Source of the DNA: Selaginella moellendorffii
Taxonomy: Eukaryota > Plantae > Lycopodiophyta
Direction: 5' to 3'
Length of the DNA stretch: 64,000 bases
Assembly: GCF_000143415.4 (NCBI RefSeq)
Contig: NW_003314261.1
Location: forward strand, 1,750,117 to 1,814,116
The position numbers and the translations under genes are program-made. The notes under the pieces were generated by a model, which searched no databases, was not told the DNA's origin, and was given only the letters and a program-made list of their open reading frames with translations. Numbering within the stretch: position 1 is the stretch's first letter; the number at the start of each line of letters is the position of its first letter. This document shows positions 1 to 12,136 of this stretch, piece after piece.

Positions 1-1152
1 ACCGAGACCGAGACCGGGACCGAGACCGAGACCGGGACCAAGACTGGGACCGAGACCGAGACCGAGGCCAAGGCTGAGACCGAGCCCGAGCCCGAGTCCG
101 AGTCTGAGTCCGAGTCCCAGTTCGAGTCCGAGTCCGAGTCCGAGTTCGAGTCTGAGAGGGTGAAAGCCTAAAGCGTTCGTCTCCCAGACCCTGGGGGGTT
201 TGGTGAGCTCCAAAAGTATAGTAAGGGGGAGGACTGCAGTGGAGCCAGTTTGGCCAGGAAAGGCCAGTTTGGCCCAGGGAGGCCAGACCCAGTGTTGGGT
301 GATGAACTGACCACTGGGAAGTCCAAGACTAGAGTGAATACGGACCGACAAGCAGGGTAGTTTGGTGAAATGTTCAAGAGCCGGCTCTAGTTCCCCCGGG
401 AGATCGACTGGCCGATGCTCACAGTCCAAGTGTGGGTGGCACTACCTACTTGGATACCAGGTGTGGCTCAACGGAACCTCGCTCTAAGCCCATGGCTAGA
501 GCACCTAAAGGCGAAAGGCGGGGAGAGTACCCAGGTGGCTCGCATAAGGCCACAGTGTTCCGAAATGTTGTCCCAAAGGCCTAGACTGTGGAAAGGAAGA
601 GGAGCAGTCCTCTGGGGTAGTGACCAAGGACACAGTCGTGTGGTGAGGAAGTCCCAGAGGACCATGGGACTTAGTGGTCGGGCCTGTGGGCCTCGATCCA
701 GTGGTAGTGTTGGCAAACATGGCCAGGGGCAAAAAGGGACTTGGTAGGAACTGACAAAGGGACTTTGGGGAAGGCGATTCCCCAGGTCTGTGGGCATCCT
801 AAGGATGCTAAGGAGTGGATCTAGGATGACCACTTGTGGACAGATGGCCCAGTCTTGGAGAGACGGGATGGTGATGCAAGTGGTATTGGACCACTAGTGC
901 AGCAAAGGTGAATGGGCATGGCCTTAGTGTAACGGGCCGAGATGTTAGTGGTACCTTTGGGTGTCGGTCTTGGGACCGGACACGTGGAGCACCTGGACCA
1001 GGTGCAAGTGTTGAGTGGCATGGATGCCATTCTTGGGGCTAGCAAGTCCCAAGTCCTGAATTGGACTGATGGAGGTTGTGAATGAGACTCCTCCAAGTGG
1101 TTGGAGGTGTGGTTAAGTGACTAAAGTAGAATGGAAAATTTAGTCTCTTACA
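1..1152 (+). repeat. 5' LTR of element A (partial), containing GAGTCC/GAGACC hexamer-based tandem repeats
   Basis: Direct repeat of the distal part of 17623-19360; ends in TTACA immediately before the PBS. Confidence 0.9.
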
Positions 1153-1155
1153 ACT

Positions 1156-1168
1156 TGGTATCGGAGCC
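1156..1168 (+). promoter_or_regulatory. Primer-binding site (tRNA-iMet type) of element A
   Basis: TGGTATCGGAGCC, 3 nt after the LTR end; variant of canonical TGGTATCAGAGC. Confidence 0.85.
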
Positions 1169-4100
1169 GTTCCTTAGTCCGACTTTTATTGGTGCTCAAG
1201 CATATCACTATTGATATTGGCATTGGAAGGTCCTAGGAGTGGGCCTATCCTGGAGGAGTAGCATGTCGAGAGGACATGGCTCTCCACTCAAGTTCATGTG
1301 AGAACTTGGGCACAATGTGGTGGATAGAAAAGGGCCAATAATGGAACGACTTTGGGATCTTGGGAACAGTATAAGGTCTCCTCAGAGAGCTGAGGATGTG
1401 ACCCAAATGAGCGTTTGACGCAGCAAACGGGTTAACGTAGTTGTGATAAACAACTATAGTTGGGATCACGGGAAAGATGTAGACTCCAAAGTAATAAAGG
1501 AGTCACAAGATTACCCTCATATAGTTGAGGCCGGTGCTCATAACTTTGAGACTGGAATTGATGACCATAGGAGGTCAAATATAGGAGAGGACACAAGTCC
1601 TCGAAATGGTAGCTGAGGTTACCCTTGATAAATGATAGAACAACCCAAGGAGTTGGGGATGTACTTAGAGGATGAGTTGGTATTCTCATCACATGGACAA
1701 GTGGTCCTAAGAGGCAAAAGGTTGCCCCAAGAGAACAAATCAAGTGTCAGAGTAACACTTGCAAAGATGGTCCTTGTGAGTAGAACCTGAATACAAGAAG
1801 TTGTATTCCAGTGAGCTGGCACCTCAAAGGTAGGACCTCATGGGTCGTCGGATGACAAAGTCCAAAAAGCTAGATGACTCCAATAGAGTCAAGGAATAAT
1901 CCTAAAGGATTGATGGAAGCATTTGGACTGAGGTGTGTGGTACCCCACGAAGGATGGGGGGGATCATAGGATCCAAGGATGAGAACAGAGAGTATCTCAT
2001 CGATGGCAAAATGTGCCATGCTAAAGTCGTGGGAAGGGTGTTCCCAAAAGAAAACAACTTTGAAACAAAGTTGTGTGTGACCTCTATGGTGCAGTGCTAA
2101 CGGATGGTTGGCATGAGAAAGAGTGGTATTGGTCTTAGCAAAGATTTAGACACAAAGAAGAAGTGTCATAGAGGTAGGCTCGTGGAGCCGATGGTGTGGA
2201 GACACCAAATGTGCCAAGGTGTGATACCTTGAGGCTAGGTTGGTGGGTTCATGAGAACCCCTTGCCAAAGGAATCCTAATGAAAATGGGAATGGCATAGC
2301 CTAAGTTGCAGAGCATGCAGTTGGAGTGTGGTGACCCAGATAATGATGGAGGTGTGGAAGCACCAGCAATGAGTTGTAGGACTTGACAACTATGAAGCAA
2401 CTAAGCAAAAGGTGCAAAATAATTGGTTAAACGGGTAGAAGGTAGCTACCCAAGCCTTCTTAATGGCATAAGGAAGTTGGATATACCCTTACCGGGGATA
2501 AGTTGCTTATGTTGCGATATAGTAAGTTAATGTCATGAAAGGAAATACTCATTGTCAAGAAAGCTGTCATTGGGACACCCGAACACTCTAGAACACCAGG
2601 AGGTGGTGTTTGATGTCGCGAGGGCAATAGATAAGGCCCAAGGGACTAAGTCCCTAGTGAATGATGGATAGAAGGTGCTATCCAAATGTCCAAGGTGGCG
2701 GAGACAGGAGAAGACTGTCTACTCGAATTGGACAAAGCCAAAAATGGAATTTTGGCAAGGCTAGTGATGGGCATGTAAAGGCCCATAAGCAACAACGTAA
2801 TCTCGGTGTGTGGGATTATAGGGTGAGCATACCTGGAATGAGGAACCACTCCCTAGGCTATTGGGTAGGTTCATCCCTAAGAATACTTGCTAAGGCATGA
2901 TAGAAAGTGCAAAGCTATCCTCCTGGTCTAGAGGAGAATGACCAAAGGAAAGGTGTGAAGCCAAAAGCAAGAAGTAAGGGGGTAGAACCGAACCATAGGA
3001 ATCGAAGGGCATAACCAAGGTTGGTTATGCCAGCTGGGAGTGGAGAATCAAGTGGGGGCTCGAGGGTGTTGCCGCTAGCAACTGTGATGCCATGGAGAGT
3101 CTAAAATATGGAATTGTCCATGTTAGAATATATGGTAATTGGAAAGCTTGCAAAAGGGGAGGCCTTAGCAAGCTAAAGGACAGAGTTCCTTCAAGGTTCC
3201 CAAAGATGATTCTAGGTAGCTTAGTACCTAGAAAGGCCAAGCATAAATGGTTCAAAGCACGCGCGAAATCAGAGTGGCGCAGCAGAAGCGTGGTCTTGAA
3301 GCATGCCATAAGGCAAGGCTATCAAGGTTAGAGAAGTAGTTCCCGAGTGTTCAAAGAGAGGGCTTTGAACGAAAGTCGATGATCAAGGGCTTTCACGCTT
3401 GTGCAGGAACCATGTTACAGTGGTCGGAGGGCTTGCCAAAGCGAGATTGGCAAGTCAGGGGAACAAATACCCTAGTTGAAGGTGATAACTTCAAAAGGGG
3501 TGGGCCACGGGGCCAAGCATGGAGGAGTCCATGCATGATCACAGACTTGTCAAGTGAGAGGACTTGGCAGTGTGGAGGAACTAGGTTTCTATGCTGTGAT
3601 CTATAGCACGCTTTGAGTATAAGTTGGTGCACCGGCGTGGGGAGTCACGCCAGGCATCCTGGGTGATGCCGTCCGTAGATGCATATACGGAGGTTGGGTT
3701 CGAGTCCCGACCCTCTAGTGCTTGGGTTCGAGTCCCAACTCACTAGGGCGTGGTGATGGTTTGGAATATGAGGACACTCATTTTTCGGTGGTCATGGACT
3801 CTCAGTGTGGAGACTGGTTTGGGCACACCGCCAAGCGAGGGATGCCTCGGAGTCGTGATGCACGGTTAGATTGCTTAGAGTGAAAGCTCGGCATATCTAA
3901 CTTGAACACTTTGGTGCAAAAGGCACCAAGGACGTGGTGAATGAGATGGGGACACCCAATCTCAGTTGCTATGGATCCTTGGCCGGAAGGGCTAGCTTGG
4001 GCGCACCGCCAAGTGTGGGGGATGCCCCCGGGGTCATAGTCAACAACTTAGTAAGGTCTGGAAGACCTAATTCCTATTGGTAGACCTATTAAGGGGTCAA

Positions 4101-4810
4101 GATGAGATCACTAGGTGACCTTATGGCTAAACAAGGACAAGGTCTTTGTTTAGATTAAGGAATATGATTCCTAGTTCAAAGTGTTGATTTGAACTATTGA
4201 TGAAGGTGTGGCTTGGTCAAGGTGACTAAGTGGGAAGGACACCTAAGGGAAATGAACTACTACAATACAATGGTATTATGAGTTCAAGAAAATAATCTCT
4301 AGAGACAGGCCCATGGGTGGGTCACAAGGTTGGGCTAGGAAGAGAGCCTAGAACAGCTGGGGAGACTTACTAGGGGTGAACACCTTAGTCTGGGCAAAGC
4401 AGATCCTTTGCTATGGAACCAAAAGAACACCTCAAGGAGGGAGGTAATGATCCTATATTGCTCGGTGCAACAATCCAAGGATAGGAGCAAAAGACAAGTG
4501 CCCAAGATAGGGCCGTGGAATCCATTGGAAAGAATCCAAGTGGCAAAGTTAGCCAAGGAACACTAATGTGTTTGATACTAACGGATTGCGGAAAAAGAAG
4601 TGGACTTCCAAGGATGGATTCCCAAGTGCTCCAATTGGGCAAAGGAAAGGCTCCAAGTGAGGGAGCAACTAAGTAGCCAAAAGATAGAGCCGTGGACAGC
4701 CCTAGCACAAATAATGATAAATGGAACGTAATGCCAATGGTGGCACAAAAATAAAAAAAAGGATGAGGGTGCCCTCGAGTAGAGAACTTCCTAGGAGGGG
4801 AAGTGGAGTT

Positions 4811-4834
4811 AAGCTCTATTTCGTTAAAGTGGGA
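4811..4834 (+). repeat. Left TIR, copy 1
   Basis: AAGCTCTATTTCGTTAAAGTGGGA. Confidence 0.95.
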
Positions 4835-5252
4835 ATTGTTATTATCCCACTTGTAAAATAAGGTTTCCAAACCTTTATATAGTATATAAATATAACAAAA
4901 TTCAACTGCATTGAGGCACATGCCATTTTATTTTAAACAAGGAAATGTCTACTCAATCACTTCTCCTCCCCCTGCCACTGCTTCACCTCTCTCTTCTCCT
5001 TGTCATCGTTGTCCAATTTCTTTCCATCCTTTTAATATTGGCTCAGTTGCTCCGAGTCTAGGTGGAGCCCAAGTCCCCATTCAATCTTTACTTTCCCCTT
5101 ATTAATAAAACAACTTCGTAGACTTCCAATAACATGCTATAACACTTCTAGTATAATGCAAATCCTCTCAAAGAATTGTCTTTTAATATTAATACAATGG
5201 CATGGAACCCCATGCCATAATAAGTTACATTTTTAAATAAATACATGCCATC

Positions 5253-8200
5253 TCAGACTGTTATTTTTTGCCTCTAACACCTATACAATAATCTTGGAAT
5301 TTCATCACTCTCCACACTATCAGGATTTAAACCCAATAGTAATGCCATCTCTTCTCTAATACGTCCACGCTCATGTTCAGTGGTCGAAGAACCTATCCAG
5401 TTGAGCAGATTATGGAGATGCGGATAGTGCTTGGCTAGACAATATACATGCCATAAATGATGACTGGTGTCTGTCCGATCAAATGGCTTCTGATATATCG
5501 TTCCATCTGCCATTTGGTTGATTTCTGCAGCCACCTCCTGGACTGGCCGGTTCTCTATCACCATCGCTCCAAGCCGTTTTGCAAGGTCCCCCAGAACATA
5601 CGGTTTCTTCTCCCTAGTTTCCATACTGCAAGAGATGGGGTGCACTGCATATGTGTGCGTGTTCGCTGCAGTTTTAATCGGCGAGTCATCGATGATGAGG
5701 ATTTCACTTGACCTAGCAGTCCAGTTCATCACTACAGCCTCTGGCTTGACGAAGATGGGCTTGCTACCCCTCACATGGACCATAGTCAAGCAATCCTCCT
5801 GCGTTAGGAGAAAGTCAAATGGTAATATTACTCGCGTCTGATCGTGCATCATCTGTAGCAACGTTAATGCATTGTGGCGCATCATGGATGTCCAAACTCC
5901 CAATTGCAAATTGAACCCGGTCCTCTGTTTTAAGTGTCGCATGGTCATTATTAGATCCCGCAGTTTCTCCCGTGTGATTAATGTGAATCTGTCTCTTTTG
6001 ACCAACTTGCGACCACAGGCTTTGGAGGGTGCAATGACATTCGAGGACGAGCCACGCTCATGGGAGAAAAGGACACCGTTCAGATCAAAAATGATACAGT
6101 ACCTTCGCCGTGACTCTGAAATGAAATGCGTCAGCATAAAAAATGGTACAAGTCAATTTTACCATCTACAATATTAGCGAATGGTGCTCCCGATGGTCGT
6201 TGAGAGGGTTTTGGTCGAGGAAACGTGAAGGGCGGAAATACTCTCCTCTGCAATGTGGGTTCAATCGCATCCGATGGCGTGTGGGCACATGCCATTTCAG
6301 CTGTAGACTCTGGTACAACTGGCTCAACAGTGGCATGGGGTGGTTCCGATGGCGTGTGATCACACGTCATTTCAGCTGGTGCCTCCGTTGGCAAAGTGGA
6401 CATGACCGAACAGGCAGCAGGGGCGGTGTAGGGAGGTTCCAACGGCGCGTAGTCAGACGATTGGGCACATGTTGAGTCCGTTGGAAATGAGGATACGACC
6501 GGCTCGGCGGCTGGGGCGGCCTCATGCGGGTCCAATGGCGCCTGGTCACCGTCAGTTGGATATGTGGACAAGATTGACTCAGTGGTATGGGTAGCATCAA
6601 GTGGAGCGTGGTCAGCTTGCTTGGCGTTGATATGGATAGTAGCCTCCACCAGCTCTGATGACTCTTGCAGGCAAGTAGAGTCCACTGGCGGATCCATATG
6701 CATGTCCAAATATCTCCCTTCGATTGAGATGGTATCCTCCCGTGCTACTAAAAACAAACTCATTAGCACATTGAATCGACTATACTGTATTTACCATCAA
6801 CTGCTATTGAGGAACTAGGACCGATATCACTTGGGCGCACTGCTGATTCTGAAGGATTGGACATACGTTTCGACCCTTGCTTGGCACTATCCTTCCTCGA
6901 CACTAAAGGCTAGAGTTTGTAAATTCAACTGAATAATCTCTACTTACCATTTGCTCTGCGACCTACATGGACAATGTTAGAAATGGTAAAAGGTTAGGAA
7001 TGGATGTACTATTATTTACCTGATGGTTTGTCTTGTATGACCTTCCTCCGCTGCTCTTTGGCCACCTCAGGCTGGCCATCGTCGTCATCATCGTCGTCGT
7101 CGTTATTGTGATCGTCACCATTGTGAGGACCATCCAAGTCCTCTTCGTCCTCCTCTTCTTCGTCCTCCTCTTCTTTGTCCTCCTCTTCGTCCTTCTGCTC
7201 TTCCTGCTCATTATCTTTCTCTGGCTCCTCATCCCCCTCCTGCATTTCTTCCATAGGTTGCTCAGGCTGGATGGCTTGTTCTTCCAGGACCATCTTGGGA
7301 AAATCATCTGGCCGAATCTCCATCTCAAAATACAAGACATCCATAGCCTGTTTTAGTGCGTGACCTAGGACCGTATCCTCACCTGACTGTCTTAACATGG
7401 TTTCTGCACGTTCTTGCACCCTTCGAAGACGATGAGATGAGAAAAACATGGCCCTGACTTGAAAAGCATCCCTCATCCATTGTACCTCTCCATTGAGATT
7501 GGGGAAGGGGAGTCTGCCATAGGAATCTGAGTCAGGAGGTGGTGACTGCCTGCTTTCACTCAGCCCTTGATCTGCAATGAATGGCATGAGCACACACGCC
7601 ATAACCGCGAGGCATTACCTATCATCTTTTCGTTGCCCCTCTTCCTTTTCGAATCAAACGCCTCTGATCTCGACGGCTGTCCAACGTGCTTTCGCTTTTT
7701 ATGACCACTGTCAGTTTGAGCTTGGCTGGTGCTTGCCTGTTTTGCCTTTGAAGAAGTGTCTCCTGCAAGGAATGGCATGAGACCACACGCCATTGCAAAT
7801 ATAATTTGTACCTCCTTTTTTCCTATTGCTTGTCTGTTTGTCCTTCTTCGATGCGCCACCAGTGCGCTTTTCAGTCCTCGTGTCTGAATATTCACAATGA
7901 TCTATAATCAAAATGGCGTGAGGCCTCACGTGACCTTACCTTGTGCAGGTTGTGAGCTCGGCCCAACATGGGTATCTTCAACAGTAGCTGTTAACGCCGT
8001 TTCAGCATCTGGGGGTGGCCACGCTCCTGCATATAGAGCTTGTGAGATAACATTTAAACTTAAAGTGTGTACTCACCAGGTTCACAGAGAAGATACTGTT
8101 TTTCTTTGGCAACTATAAATATATGCTCCATTGAAGTCACCTCTTCAATGGAGTTTGTCACCGCAACACACGGGACACCCTTGAGTAGTGCGGCTCGAAA

Positions 8201-10630
8201 GAATAGTCTGCCGCAGTTGTACTCGACAACGCATTTGCCCTTGGAGTCGGAAGCAGGTGACCCACCCGCTATTGCGTTGAAGACCCAGCTGAGCATTTCC
8301 CATGCTGCACCTGGAGCTTTCTTTGGATTCGAAAGCTCCATAGCCATCTTCAGTTCCTCAGGCACGGGTAAATTGACCTCCCTCAGATCAATTCGATTGG
8401 CCTTGTCGAACGAAGCTGGGAAGTCACTCCAGTCCCACTCTGCTGCAGGACCAATAACAAGGGCGAGTATGAAGATGCGGACATTCGTCGGTATCTTCTT
8501 CTTAGCCATTATCCCATGGATCTCCCGCATCTCCTTGCCTTTCAACCGAGCCTTCACCTCGTTCAAGGCCTTCTAGAACTTGTGATAGGATCCGGAGTTG
8601 TAGATCATATAGTGGACTGAAGATTCCACCTCCGCAAGTCCCACCATTAAGTCAATGATGGAGCTGACTTCGTCTGCATGAGTGATCTCCTCGTTTGTGA
8701 AGTCCATCACACAAAAGATGTTCTTGACCTGCTCATCTCCGCGGGAAACGATGCTCCTCCACCTTTGATCCTCATCCGAATTCAAGTATACCCGGTAAGG
8801 TTCTCGATAGGCCTCTGCTGCGGGGTCGAGCTGTTTCTGAAGCCGGCGGTCGACATCAATCTTAATGAAATTTGGATACTGATCCAACTTCTCAGCTTTA
8901 CTTTTCGTGGCATCCCGCAGCAGATCGATGAACTTGGGGGCCCCCTTCACGTACTCGTCGATGTCTTCATTTGACAAATCCAACGCTTCCATCATCTCTT
9001 GCGTGGTGTTGATGCTCACCCTCTCCACGGCCACTTGCTCGAAGATCCAATCCTTCAATAGCGCACGAGCTCTCAGAGTCGTGCACAAGTCCTCGTATGT
9101 CACAATATAGCCGGGAGTCATTTTGGTCTTGTTGAAGACTACCTCACCACGTAGAAGAGCATTAGCCACTGTCATAAGGTCGTCGTCGTCTAGAGACCGC
9201 GAGAAACGCAAGGCGTTGAGCTTCAAATCATTGGGCTTCCGGCCGTCCTCCACACCCATTGAGTTTGGCAACTCCCCGTCATGGTACCTCCTCAGCACAT
9301 CTACCCATTTGTCAAAAATAACTTTTGTCGCGAGTAGAATGTTATGGATGCTGAGTGTGTCATTGACCCCCAGTGTTTTCGAGAGAAGACTCGAGAATTC
9401 CTGCAATGGAAATGGCGTGAGGCCACATGCTATGCCACATGCAACGAGGCTTACCTGCCAGGCGCTAGTTGCTAGTGCACGTCCTTGTCCTGGTTTTTGT
9501 GGCTTCTTCAGTTGAACCCAGAGCTTCCGTGTTCGTGCCAATGTCTCGTGCAGACCCGATTTGTAGCACGTTTCTTGCTTGACATTCTGCGCGTGGGAGA
9601 TGTATATGATAGATCGGAGGGGCGAGTTGCCTTTTATCAGGCGGACAACTCTTGTCTTGAAGACTTTCTTCACCTCCTCGCCCACCATAATATCCACAAC
9701 TATCTCTTGCATCGCCAAGCTAGAATGCTGCCCGGAGACGGCATAGAACCGGATGTTCTGATCGTCCAACACCTTCCTATTGATCAAGTCCGGAAACCTC
9801 GTCTCGCCCTTCATTGTTCGGTAGTAGGGGATCACGTCTGCGATGTCGGGTGTTACTAGACTTGCCAGCATCTTCTGCTTCAGTTTCTCCACCCACTCAT
9901 CAGATACTAGCCTGTGGTTGTATTTGCTTTGGATGTCGATACGGCTCACGTCGATTGTATATACTTTGTTGGAATAGTAACAAGTACTATTATCTGCGAC
10001 GATTTTTGCTGCCTCTTCTTGCTCTTTCTGCTCTTTGCGGCTCTTCTTTTTGGTGGGTGTAGTGTTCAAACCCGAGGCAATGGCATCACCGAGTAGCTTC
10101 TTTTTTGGAGGAGAGTCGGACGTCGGCTTGAGCTTGACCACCCTTTTCTGCTTCGGGGTAGTTTCCAGATCGACCCCCTTCCCCTTTGCTTCGCGAACTG
10201 GAGTCACTCTCAACGGCTCAATGTTGGAATATAGTTTTTGAACATCGCCGTAGGTGAGGTCCGTGGATTCCATGTGATCTTCATAGACCCGCAGCGTCTT
10301 TGAAATTGTGGGCCTCCTAGACAACCTCTCCATAGCTCCCTCTAGGAATTCCTCATAGCCGCTGCCCCCCTCCGGGAAGCCGCTAGGATGTGCAAGGTGG
10401 ATCTTGAAGGCAGACGCTGTCTCTACCACAAGTGCCAGTCCATATTCTTGCATGGAACTGCATGGAGTGTCTGTCACTTGGATGAGGATCCCCATGCATT
10501 CTTTTCTCCCACCATCTGTGTTATACAGCCTCAGATCCTCGCCTTCCATCCCGAAAGTCCAACTGGTGAGCTCCTCCCCCTTCTCTGCATCCACATTGAC
10601 AGTGGCTGGAAGAAAAACGCAATTCCTCGC
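5253..10630 (-). pseudogene. Multi-exon transposon cargo gene: ParB/Srx-like domain + helical region + degenerate beta-class N4C/N6A methyltransferase-like region + acidic and Pro/Ala/Thr linkers + FCP1/SCP-like HAD phosphatase; two nonsense codons in this copy
   Basis: ORFs 8573-10651, 8060-8566, 7012-7602, 6131-6769 and 5274-6137 are joined in frame by GT-AG introns: 9401-9454 (phase 0), then 8027-8076, 7884-7939, 7763-7811, 7572-7618, 6963-7019 and others (phase 1). The exon path at ~6750-6900 is less certain. Motifs: IDVSRIDI..HRLVSDEWVEKLK and FYAVSGQHS; VVEYNCGRLFFRAALLKGVPCVAV; IIFDLNGVL, VWTS, FVKP, IIDDSP. In-frame TAG at 8573-8575; TAG at 5274 is TGG in copy 2. Confidence 0.75.
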
Positions 10631-12112
10631 CTGTTCAAAAATGCACAACAATTAGAGCTGACAGATGAAAAGCTAGCAGCTGGAAATAACGTGAGGCCAC
10701 ACGCCATTCACCACTGCATCAGATGTCTTGAGGCTGCATCCTAAGATGGCGTGAGGCTACACGCCATCTGTAACCAGACTGCACTCGAGAGCCCAATCGG
10801 TGCATGCCAATGTTGCTACTGAATGGCATGTGGCCTCATGCCATTTTCTACTTGGCCTAAAAGACTTACCATTTGAAGCCAAATAGAGGCGTGACAACCG
10901 GACTCGCTGGCGAATGTGCACTGTGTGTGCAGCGGATCGTAGCAGCAAGGCTACTCTGCCACTTACAGTTGGAGAGTGGCGCTGAAATCTCTCGGGACGC
11001 CAAGTGGGCTGCGTGTGGGTGGCGGAGTGGGCGGCGGAGTTGGCGGCGAAGTTACAAATTGGGTGTGTCTTGAAGTGGACGCCGATGCACACGAGCGCGA
11101 TGCGAGTGCGATGCGAGCGCAAGTGTGATGCAAGCGCGAGTGGACGCCGATGCACACGAGAAACCTGTAGAGAAGTGGGAGCGCGAGTGGGAGTGAGTGT
11201 GCGAGCGCGAGTACGAAGCAAAATGCAAAACCTAACCTCACACGCGCGAAATGTCACGACGGTTGGTAATCCCGCCACGTCATCATTCCTCGGACTTGGG
11301 CGCCACCATTAATTTCTGGATCGGCGCGCGCATGCGTGAAATCCAAAAGAAATCCGCAACGTCATCATTCCTCGGACTGCATGCACGCGAAATCCAAAAG
11401 AAAGATCATGATTGGGATATCATTTAATACCCTCGCTATATTTATACCATGCATGATTGGATATTCCAAAGCATCTTGTATTTCCAAAAATGCCAGATGT
11501 TCAGCTAAATAAATTGTCAGAGGATTTGATGTGACGTTCAAGCGTGTGGGCTCATGCAATTTTGATCCCAAAAAATGCACCAAAAAATACTCGGCGTCAT
11601 CTGGCGTTATCTCTTGAATGGCGTGGGGCCGCATGCCATTTTCAGGAGCACATAGGAGTATATTCCTAGAATATTCTAACACGCGCGAGATTGTTTTGAG
11701 TTTCCTGGAGATCCAACCGTTAGATCGCAACTAGATTTTACAGAATGGTATACAATGTCCTCCTTGATGACCCTGCAAAGAAGCATCTTGATCGGACACC
11801 ACATGAGACCACACGAGCCTTACAATGTTTCAGGGGCATTTGCCATAGATCCGACCGTTATTTTGCTCCAAAATTCTACAGTTTGGTGTGCATTGACCTT
11901 TCCATCGACACTGCAAAGGGACATCACAATCAGATGCGAGATCACAAGAAACCAACTTCACTAACTTTGGTTTCACCAAGATCTACGTAAGGAGTTATGA
12001 AATGAAAGGACCCTCTCTATTGAAATGTGTTTATGTCATAGGGGCATTGTGACATATCAAAGGATTTTGCATCAAGTTCTGTATTTGCATGTTTATCAAG
12101 CTACTGAATTGC

Positions 12113-12136
12113 TAAACCCTAAACCCTAACCCTAAA
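12113..12136 (+). promoter_or_regulatory. Interstitial telomere-like repeat / telo-box cluster between the divergent transposon genes
   Basis: TAAACCCTAAACCCTAACCCTAAA; a shorter version occurs in copy 2 at ~43934-43951. Confidence 0.55.

Noticed and set aside
3691-3742. tRNA gene
   Set aside because: Only T-arm-like hairpins; no acceptor stem, D-arm or anticodon arm recognisable.
4385-4921. 178-aa minus-strand ORF
   Set aside because: Spans the transposon/retroelement junction, so it is a chance fusion with no motifs.
12113-12136. True telomere or chromosome-healing site
   Set aside because: Only about three units, internal to the element and present in both copies.
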